Under the pieces are notes generated by a model, which worked only from the letters and a program-made list of their open reading frames with translations, was not told the origin of the DNA and did not search any database. Shown piece after piece: positions 48,876-60,400 of a stretch of DNA of 64,000 nucleotides. The translations under genes and the position numbers were made by a program. Source of the DNA: Lingula anatina (Eukaryota > Animalia > Brachiopoda); NCBI GenBank assembly GCA_051362555.1, contig CM120642.1, positions 8,246,001-8,310,000 on the forward strand, given 5' to 3'. The first letter of the stretch is position 1; each line of letters opens with the position of its first letter.

Positions 48876-51800
48876 AATATTAAAACAATATTATGAATAT
48901 AAAAGTGATATTGTAAGTATTTGTCTTTTTGTATACTTATTCTATATGTCCTTTCTGTAGTGTGTTCTAGTCCTGATACCCCAGGTCCTAGTGGTATAAC
49001 ACCAGTTCAGGCTGTAGTCAGGGGGAGGACAACCAGCACCCCAGGGTCAGTGGGCAGGACACCCCCCAACTGTGTTGATAGCCTGGGGATGGAGGTGCCC
49101 ACAGGGATGAAAACTCCAGGAACTGAAGGGAACATCTCTGGGGATAATGTCAAAGGTTCAGCAACCAAGGGGAATTTTCGAAAAATGAAGTCTCATGTGA
49201 GCCCCCTGCAGATGTCGTGGGACAGGTGTGGTGAAGGTTTACTTTATTTACCACATAGTTTTTAAACCACATAGTTTTTAATGAAATTTAATGCTTATAA
49301 TTTTATCATGCATGAAAATTGGTATCAAACTGTGTTTTGATTAACAATAACATTTTTATTCAAGATTGTAGCAAGTGTTGTTACATGAAGAACATATTTT
49401 TCATAAATTATTTTTGTGGAAATCTATTTTATAATCTTGTGGTCTTTTCATAACAATTAATTGATTTGGTTCTTGATTTGATTTTGTCTACAGTCCTGCA
49501 TTGAAGCACCTGTTGAGGACACCTGGTTATGAGCAGATGTTACACAGCACTCCTAACATAGCTGTCAGTCTTGGAGCTGATCCTAACGACACCGGCTTGT
49601 CTTGGACCAGTTCTTTGGCAACACCCCCACCTGGTGATTGTTTTATACTGTTTTTTACATAAAAATATATTGTTTAAATTTGAAGTTAGAAAAATAAAAA
49701 GGATTATAATTGCATTGTTAAAAGGAAAGTAAAATGAATAAGTACCTTTGTTCTTTATTGCTGATTTAACAATTTTTGTATAAACAATATTTGACAGTTT
49801 TGAGTTGTAATTGAGAAGTTTGTGTGAAGATATTGATGGTAGCATTTTATGGGAGAATGCAAAAATATATTTGTTAGAAAAGAGGATCGTAAGTATCAAA
49901 ATTCAGAATGTCAGTCATGAAGTTTTCTTTTACCTTACAGGAACTGTAAGTGTGAACAGTGCAACAAAGCAGAATACATCTCTAGAGGAAGGTCAAAGGA
50001 AGCCAGGGGTAAGGATGCTGGTGCTGTATTTTGTTGCTTTTGTGACTGGTCAAATAAATGTTTAAGCAGGAATAAATATAAATAGAAATAAATCTGAATT
50101 TCTAAAAAGAAACTCACTGTTATATTCCGAATTTAAGACTACGCTTTCGTATTGTTGTGCATAGTAAATCACAAATAGTTATATTTGGAATATATAATAT
50201 AATACACTTCCAAGTGTCTTTTTAGCCTCAGAAATTATATTGTATCACATACATTTAGATAAGCGATTTGTACTGGATATAAGAATATGGGAAACTGTAA
50301 TTGCTGTTTAATTTTTGTATACAGATAACCTTATATCTGTGCATGATAAATAACATTCACATATTTGAAAGTGCATACACTCTCCCCTGTTCTAGGCCCT
50401 AGCAAGAGTGCTTTTCTCTCCTGGTGAAGGTTCCTCATCTCGGATGTCCAAGGTCAACCAGGTTGACCTTAATCTCACCATAGAACATGAACCACTTGAT
50501 GCCTCTCTAGATGACCTACATGACAAGAGGGGGGCAAAACTAGCAGCTTCAGGGAAATCGACTGGTCAAGAAAATAACGGAGAAGGCACAGAGGAAAGGC
50601 AGTGTACTGTGACTTTTGCTTCTAGCAGCTCTCATGAGGAGGGTGATGTACAGAAAAAAGCAAGAGAACTCAAGACTGATGGTGCTGTACGTGAAAAAAA
50701 TTCCATTGCAAAAGCTGGTGCTGCTCTGCCAATTATAAAACTAGACAGAATTTTGACTCAGAATACAAACATTCCAGAAATTGTGACTTCAGAAAATATT
50801 TCACAACATTCCTGTAAAAATTTGAAATCCATGAGCACCCCTGGAGACATTGCTGTGGAGAAAGTGGTTTCACATTCCTCAACACTGGTGATGCCAGGTA
50901 CAAAAGAAAAGACAGCTGTTTCAGAAAATGCAAATCAAAAAGAAAAGGTATTCACCACTTCTAGTCATCTAAATAATGGCATGAAGGAAATGACTACAAG
51001 TAGACAAAGTGAAGGTACGGAGACTCTGGAGTGTCAGGGTAAAATTGCAGAGACTGTAGTCCCAATTGCTTCTAGCAAAAGTGTATTGTGTAACAGTGTT
51101 ATGTGTAATTCATCAGCAACCAGAGATTTAAAGAGTATTAAACACAATGAAGAATGCGTCCCTTCCCCTACATTGTCCTCAACTTCGTGTGCCAAAGTGG
51201 ATTCTCCAAATATTTCCAGTAACGTGGAGTCTGCCCTCTCTGATTTCTTTATGACGCCTCCTTCAAGAAATACTCTCATGGGAAAGCTAGGTTCCAAGGG
51301 CAGGAGGAGAAAATGGCCAAATTATAGATGTGTCCAGCACAATGGTGTTAATAAGGGCAAAGCTGATGTATGTATGGTAGAAAGTGACATGAATCAAAAT
51401 AACAAGGATCAAAATGGTGCTGCAGATGGGAATATGAGAAAAGACTCTGGTGAAGATGTGGATGAAAATATGTCGCCCAGTATAGCAATTAAAGTAGCTA
51501 TTTCAGACCCAGTTATTAAAGCTAGTAAAACAGAGTCCCAGGATGCTAGTGATGACAGAGCCTTCCTCTCTGCAACCAGCTCGGTACAAAAACAAAAGAC
51601 AGACCAGAAAAATGAACTAGAAAGAAGTGACAATGTACATGCCTTTGGCAGCAGTAAAAAAAGTTCTTTCAGTCAGAAGTGTAATGTGTCCCCACCTTTA
51701 CTGGATGACACTTTGCCAGTTGATCTCAATAACCTTCATGGCATCCACAGAAGTCGTCACTCTTCTAAGGACAGTGATAGCTCTGAGGTGACATTTAAAA

Positions 51801-54446
51801 CCCCTGGGAAAGTTGAATTCACTGGGGTCACTGAGACAACAGAGAAACCCAAGTTATCAGAAGAAACCTGTAGTGATAATCCCCCTGCAGAAAATACTGG
51901 TGAAAATGACCTGGAAAATTATTCCTTTGGGTCTTCGTTTGAAGCTCCGTGTACAAGCAGTGATATGGTTACATTTGTCAAACCTTGCTCGGAAATAACA
52001 GTTGAAAAAGACAGTGACAGGACTTTTCAGGAACATTCACAGTCTTCAAACAACCAGCATAACAAAAACGGAAAGCCTTCTGAGAAGATTTGGGATGAGG
52101 AAATGTACACTCAGATGTCTCCTACATTACTAACAGCAATGTGCCATTCCGCAGAGACAAGTCAGACACCTAATTTAGTTGGCATTAACGAAAAAAATGA
52201 CTGTTCTAGTGATAATTCAGATTCCCAAATGAGAAAAAATTTTAGTAACATTAACAAGCAAGCTCCTATCTCTAATCATGGTGCCATTGCCTCTTGCCTC
52301 CCCTCAGGCTTACAGGAACATGAAAAACTTATGGGCAGTTCTAACTGTGGAAAGATTACAACTGAAAGCAATGATGACCTGTTTTCTCAGATATCTCCCA
52401 CCACAACAAATGCCCTTCTCAGGGCCACTGAGACATTTCCAAATCCTCAGGATTTGTCACCAGAGGCTTGTAAGGAATTAGGCTCAAGTCAGGAGGTGCC
52501 TTCCTGTGTGCAAGGCGAGAGAGAATTATTTGTTTCATCCAAAGCTAAAACTAGCACACATGTAAAAACTCCAAACAAATCTGAGGTTTTAGAAGATGAG
52601 ATGTTTGTCCCTGACTCCACAGGAAATGCTGCCTCTAGCAGTGATGCTAAAACTTCGTACAATAGTAAGGACATTGTAAACACACCATCTATTGGCGAAG
52701 AGTTAACGCCAAACAAAGCAACAAGAAGTAATGCTGAAGCTTCATACAATGCTAGTAAGAATGATGCAAACATGCCATCTATTGGCAGAGAGTTAACACC
52801 AGTCGTATCAACAAGAGGAAGCTTGGGCAAAAGCCGTAGTAAGAAATTCTTTTACCCAACATCAAGCCAGATATCCAAAACCAAAGCCAACAAAGTTTAT
52901 GACTTTCTTAGCTGTAAACCACTTCTAGATCCTCCAACCTCGCAGTCAGTCTCTGGATCAAAAATTCCCGCGACAGTGGCACTTGAATCAACAGTCTCCG
53001 AGTCCATGACAACAACTACCGAGTCAACAGTCTCCATGGCATTGACCTCAGGCACCTGTAAACCTGGTGCAACATCTGATTGTGAAACATTTCCAAAGGT
53101 CATATCATCAGAAGGGAGAAGTGGTGAAAAGACGGTAGATATGGTCTCCAGAATGGAGGAGGAAAAGGAAGCTAAAAGGAAAGGTGCACTGATGGCTATG
53201 AGGTCCAGAACAGGTATGATTTCGATTTTCTTCTGCCCAAGACTTGACAAGTGTTCTGTCTCAAAAAATGGATTTTTCTCATTATGTGGTAGAAAATGAT
53301 TAAAATGTTGCTTCAGGATAAACCTGAAAAAGGTGCTATAAAACTATACGTGGAAATTCATTTTTGTTCATTGAAACCTTGTACCTGAAGCTATGGGTCA
53401 TTTTGCTTTAGGGTTATTATATGCAATACATAATATAATTGAACCCAAAGATTGATGAGAATAACTATTTGTTACCAATACCTTTTCCACACGTAGGCTT
53501 TCAGAGCTTTTCAAGCATAAGCAAGAATTCCAAGTTTACCTGTTTGGGTAAACCAGAAGAAGCAGGTGCCATCAAAACCACCATCTGTGTGAATGTGAAT
53601 ACTGAACAATTAGGAGATGACACTGGTAAGTTAAAACATGGCCCATCTGCTTTTGCCTTTTACCACATTGAGCACCTAGGCTTCAATCATGCGAAATGAA
53701 TTCTGTTCTTATAAAAATTTTTTAAAGAATTGTTTTTTTTTAACTGTTTGTTTGTTTATTTTTAAGTTATAAACATAGGCAGTGTCTACTCAGGTTTGTG
53801 TAAATCCATCTGATGTAAATTGAGACTACACAAAATTTCCCTTTTACTATAATTTTGCTTACGGTAGTATTATAATAATCATAATTATTATTATTATTAT
53901 TACAGCTATATTTTAAATTTTACTTCAGTTAAACATGAGCAGAATCCACTCAAAGATAGTGAAAATCCATCTCCTGTGAAAATTACTGACTCTACACAAA
54001 ACTCCTCCACTCCAGACACATTGCCTGCAGAGAATGTGGAGACAAATGATTTTTCAGTAGAAGACGCAGAAATGTTGGAGCAGACTCCCCAAAGACCTGC
54101 TGAGGAAGAATTGGAAAAGACAAAAAATGGGGGGCTCTCTGAAATAGCTAGAGTGAGTTTTTAATTTCTTTTAAGGATGTTTTATCATAATTTTATTATG
54201 TCAGGGAGCGTGTCCATTCTTTAAGCAGCCATTATGAAATAATTTGAAAACCTTGATATCATTAAATTGAAAAGTAAATTATTTTTTAAGTGAACAATGA
54301 CAATTTAAGTAAAAAATGACAATAAAGCATGCTTAGATGTGACAACTGGTGTTTACAATCACTGTAAGTTCAAGAATCTATTACATCTTGATTGGCAGTG
54401 TTAGATTTGGAATTACAATTTTTTAATACTTGTGTTTTTTTTAAAT

Positions 54447-54481
<35 letters not shown>

Positions 54482-57400
54482 TTTTTGTAATTTCAAGACT
54501 TACCTAAAAGTTTTTTAATCCACTTATTATTTTATTCATTTTCTGTAAATTCTATTTTTGGTTTCAGTTGAAATCAGTGTTGATATGTGAATAATGCAGA
54601 ATGCATATCTTAGCTCTTTTCACTTGATTATCCTTATTCTTATTATTTCAGAAACCTGAAAAGGGTGCTAGTGGGAAAAACATTACTGTCAATGCAAAAA
54701 GTCTCGAGATGGCTGCCACTATAATGAAAGAGGTGGATGAAAGAATTAAACAAGAAGAATGCACCATGGGAGACAATTCTTCTTTATCAGCAAAAATCTC
54801 TAATTCTGAGGACACAATCCCTGCAGTTGCCATACAAGGAGAAAGTACAAAAAATAAAGAAGTTGTCACTAGTCAAAGTCCACTGGATTCTTTAAAAACT
54901 GGCAATATATTCAAAGGTGCTGAAGAAAAGTATGTGCAAAGTGATTTCATTGAAGCAAAATCTAGCAATTTTAAAGGTAGTTTTACTACAGACATTGATG
55001 AAAATATCAGTATATTAAACCAGGGACTTACAAAGACCAAGACCACTTTCACTGAAAAAGATACAGAGACCTTAGTCAAAAGAACCGAGGAAGAACAAGT
55101 CTCATTAGCCTGTGACAGTGGCATAAATAAGGAGACTGTTCAGTCAAATGGGAACCCATGTGAGAGGGCACAGACTGTCTTGTTCTCTTTGTACAGTGGT
55201 GCCATCTGTGAGGATGCAGCTACTTCCAAATCTTTTCAGAAAAATTCAGTGAACCAGTTAGCTGGTAAGAAAAACATTCCAACTACTGGTCTTGAGAAAG
55301 ACAGTGAAGTTTCATTGCCATTTAATGAAAAGAAGAAAGAGTTATTCAGTATATTTACCCATGGGAAGAGCTTAGCAGGGTTTAGTTTAGCTAGCGGAAA
55401 GACCATTTCTGTATCCAATAAAGGCCTTGCAAAGGCAGAAGCACTTGTTGCAGAGATTGACAAAGAATTTACACTGCAGAATTTGCTTGAAGACGGTGAT
55501 AATGGTAATAATGTACCTGTTAATGTAACTGGATTTACATCATTGAATGGACCACAAAGTGCAGTTTCAAACAAGGGTGTAACTGAAGACAAGGCAGAAG
55601 TTGACAGAAAAGTGACTGCAGCAGACAATGGTAATTATTCTAATTTTACTGAAAGAATACCTGGCACAGTGTTGGACAAGGAACTTGCAGAGTCAAAGCT
55701 GGTCAGAGGAGATGCTAAGACAGAGGTGGCATTACAAAGGCAGCATGTAAGTGATGTAGATGCTGCTTTAATTACTGATTTTACTGTAGCTGATGGCAAA
55801 GCTATTATTCCAGTTTCAGATGATGGAGTCATTCATTCAAAGGCAGTTATGGCCAAGGTAGACGATGAGAACCAATCCACAAAACGGAAAAGTTGTGATG
55901 GTGTGCCCAGCTGTAGAGGGTTTACTTCTGCAAATGGCAAAGAGATTAAGATTTCTCATACAGGATTAGAAAAAGCGAGAACAATCCTATCAGAGTTAGA
56001 TAAAGAAAATGAAATCCCATTTTTACAACAACAAAAGTTTGAATCTTCCGCCATGTGTGGTTTCACCTCTGCCAGTGGCAAAAAGATCCCGGTATCAAGC
56101 AGCGGACTTGAAAAAGCAAAGGCAATAATGACAAGTATAGACACTGAGATATCAGTGCAACATCAACACAATGTGGCTCAGTTTAATGACATGGCTAGTA
56201 CTGGAGGTTTCACCTCTGCTAGTGGCAAGACTCTGGCAATATCCAGCAAAGGACTAGCAAGGGCCAAAGTTCTAATGTCTGACATTGAGTCAGAGCTGCT
56301 GCAGTCATGTGAAAATGATAAAATTTCTCAAAGAAGCAAAACTGGCAACATTGATTTAAGTGAGAAATCTTGTGCTCAGGATTCAAAAGTTGAAGCTCAG
56401 ATTAGTTCAGCTAATTCCAAAAGGCCTTTGGTGCCTGAAAAAATGAATTGTGAGAAAAAAGACTACTCAAATGTTCCCAAAGGATTCAGACCATTTAAGC
56501 CACCAAGGATAATGACAAAGAAGGTAGAGTCAAGAAGTGAAGTAAAAAAAGATGCATGTGGAGTTTCACCTGCCAAGTCAAAGGATACTCAGGATCCCAA
56601 ACAACTGAGTATAAACTTTCCTAAAAGTGAGCAAGCAAAGTATTCAACTGGGACAAAAGAAGCAAAACAAGTAGGTTCCAAAGGTGAAGAAACATCAGGC
56701 TCAAAAAATAACGAAAACTTAACTAGTCAGTTGAAAACTAAGACTACCTCACAAGAATTGGAATGCAGTGTTGTTCCAAACATTCCAAATACTCGAGATA
56801 TTAAACTGGCCATGTCTAAGGAGATTATTTCTCCAGAACTGCCAAAAGGGGGCAGCATATGTGAGGAGTTTGATGACAGCTTTGATGACATTTCTGCTAC
56901 TCAACTGTCCTGTTTGTCTGGCACGCAGTTTAAAAATGCAGAAAAGGCAGAATTTTCATTCATGTCGAATGTCACAGTCAAGGACTTTCATAAGCAGGAA
57001 GTTGAAATCGAAGATACACTCCACTTCAAGACTGATCATGACACAGTTTGTACATCAGTGAGTGAAGACTGGCAATCATTACCAAAAACTGTAGGGTTCC
57101 AAACTGCTAGTGGGACCAAAGTGACAGTTTCACAGGATGCACTTAAAAGAGCAAGAGAAATGTGGAAGGATTGCTATGCAGATGATGGAATTGGCAGTTG
57201 CCCAGTAAATGTGTCGGAGAATAATCATACGAAAGATGGAGTAGATTCTACAAAACCTGCTGAAAGTAGCACAAAAGTATCATCAGTCAGCAGTGAAGAT
57301 AAAAATTCTGGTAACAGACAGGAATTGACCAAAGCCAGCATTGAGCAGCAATTTATGGGGTTTCATACTGCAAGTGGTAACAAAGTGGAGGTGTCCAGGA

Positions 57401-60400
57401 AAGCACTGCTAAAAGCTAAAGATCTGTGGAAAGAATGTCATATGGATACAGACAACGAAAATATGGTAATTAGGAAAGATGCAGCACCAGAGAAGTATGA
57501 GAAAGATGTAAAATCTACCTTAGACAAAGTAGTAGACAAGGCAAAGCAAGACATTCAAGTAGATGCAACTTCTGAGCCTTTACAAACAGCAGATCAGATA
57601 TCTGTTAAAAAGACAGTCCACATGCCAGACAGTTCTCTACAAAAAGATCTCACAGTCCAGCAAAAGTCTAGGGATTCCGATGCAAAACCTGAAATGGAGA
57701 ACGGACCTTCAATTTCATTTGTAGGCTTTCAGACAGCAAGTGGCAAGAAGGTTGAAGTCTCGGACCAAGCCTTGAAACAAGCTAAGAAACTATGGGAACA
57801 CAATGAATTTGATACAGAAAGCAGTGAAAACATAACTACCAAAGCACTTAAAAAGCCAGGTGAACTTTCTCGGTCTTTCCAAGGTTTTCAGACAGCAAGT
57901 GGACACAAAGTGTGTGTTTCAGAGTCAGCTTTGAAAAAGGCCAAGGAATTATGGATGCATTTTGAAACACAAGAAAACAGTGCAAGCGTGGGCTCTGAAG
58001 TGGATAGTGTAGAAAACAAATCTCAGACCTTACATGGGTTTCATACAGCAAGTGGAAACAGAGTGGAGATTTCAGAGTCATCATTGAAAAAAGCAAGAGA
58101 ATTGTGGCATGAGGCTGATGCTGATGTGAATGAAACATATTCCAAACATTCCTGTGACACTGAACGTCTTTCAAAAGGGGATGTAAATATTTCCTACACA
58201 GCTTTAGGAAACAAACAAGTTATTGCACAAACCAAAAATGTTTTCCCTGAGGAAAGGGCCTTTGCTGAAAAGAAAATGCAAGATTCATGCCTGCCGTTGT
58301 TTCAAACAGCTTCTGGGAGTGCAATCACAGTCTCAGCTGAGGCTCTCATAAAAGCTAAGAAATTAATGGATGATTGTGATGCTGACAGTGCAGTAGATTC
58401 TCAACTAGCTGAAAAGAAAGAGAATAACTCTGCATTGTCCATGTTTTATACTGTCTCCGATAATGGTGTGTCAGTTTCTGACAGGACCATGAACAAAGCA
58501 AAGGATTTATTGGAGGATTGTAATAGTGTTGGTAATGTCTCTTCTGAAAAATGGAAGAACAAAAATGGTGGCATGCCAATGTTTCAAACTGCCTCTGGTA
58601 ATGCTGTTACAGTGTCTGATGATGCCCTCATCAAGGCGAAGAAATTATGGAATGACTGTGAAACAGGTGAAGAGGGCTTCCCTGAGTCAATTGATAAATC
58701 GGAGAGGAAAAAAGACAATATTACAAGACCTTTGTTTCAAACAGCCTCTGGTAGGGCAGTTTCTGTTTCTGAAAAAGCTTTAGCTGAAACAAGAAGACTG
58801 TGGGATGATAATGGTGACGATGATATAACATCCTTTGAGAGGAAAGAAAGGCAAAAACAACTTGTTGATGCTCCAATCTTCCAAACTGCCTCAGGTAATG
58901 CTGTCTCAATTTCTGAGGAGGCTCTTGCCAAAGCTAAGACTTTATGGGATGATTTTGTGGTTCCTTGTGATGAAGAAAATGATTTTTCCAAAACATCTTT
59001 ACCCCAGTGTGATTCTTCATCAGTTCAGCTAAAACAAAAGCCGGATGTCAAGGACAATATCCACAAAGAAATTCATAGTGGTCATCTATTGGCCCCACAG
59101 ACCAAGGACACTGACCAGTCACCAGTGGTCAGTACGCCTAAAGAGGCCCAGTTAATAAATGACCATGGTCTTTCACTTGAAGACATGGAGAGCATAAAGG
59201 CTCTACTGGCAGATGGTGCGTTTGAGGACATTGATTCACCATCTGGAAAATTTGACCGCAAGACCAAAGTGGCAGGTGGAGAGTGGCAGCCTCATTCCAC
59301 TTCCCCAGAAGGTATAACTTAACCATTAGATATTTGTACAATATGAGAAAAAAAATTAATACTTAAGCCCTGTCAGGCTATCAGGGTTTTCTAAAGGAGA
59401 AGCAGAAACTAGTTACTGAATTTTGCAGAATTTTATTGGCATTTTGAGTAGGGCCCATGTTAATGTTACATACTGTTAGAAAAAAATCTCACTTTACAGA
59501 AATTTTGAGAAATAAATGGGAGTAGAGTCAGACCTCACTATTTTATAGGAATTACCATTTTCTCATGGCTTTTAAGCGATCCATTTTGTATATATCGTTC
59601 TGTGGCTTATAGGTTTCTTCAGTGACAGACCTCAGCCCTCCTCAGTTGGCAGGCTCTCCCCATTGGTGACAGCCCCTCCAAGGGACTCCCTCAGGTAGGA
59701 TATAAATTGAGCAGTAACAATTTTAATGAGTTTTTATATGATTTTGTGTCATTTTTTTCAGTAACTCAAGTAATAGATAATTGTTTACAAAAAAAAATAT
59801 ATATATGCTCTCACAGGTTATTTTTTAAACTATAAAAATACAAAAAACTTTCTTAGATATGATAGTTTATCATACCATTTAATAAGACTGAATTATAAAG
59901 AGTACATGCTTTTGAGTGAAAAAAACCCAGTGACTTATGAGTGAGTCATGCAGCAAAACAATTTCACATTGCAGGTCAGTAACCCCAGCTGGCCATCTCA
60001 CCCACTGTATCAGGAAAATGACCAGCAAACATCTGAGCTTTTACAACAAGCCTCCGTCACATACAGCAACAACACCAGTAGCATCATCAGGCTCCTTTGT
60101 TACTCCATACAAGCAAGGGGGTCCAGGGGGACACCAGAAGACCTCCACCCCAGCCTTGCTCAATGCCAGTGGCACCTCTGCTTCTCTTCCAACAGGATCT
60201 GAAGCCAGTTCACACACACCAACCACTGCTAATACATCCTCTAGTTTTGTGCCTCCATTCAGACCAGGACAAACTCGGATCACTTTGGCTTCTCCAATTA
60301 CCAAAACACCCCAACAGCAGCATGGGATAACCAGTGGAGAGGAAAATGATATGGATAAGGCTGTGTCTTCTCACAGCACTGTGACTGGATTGAAAAGACC

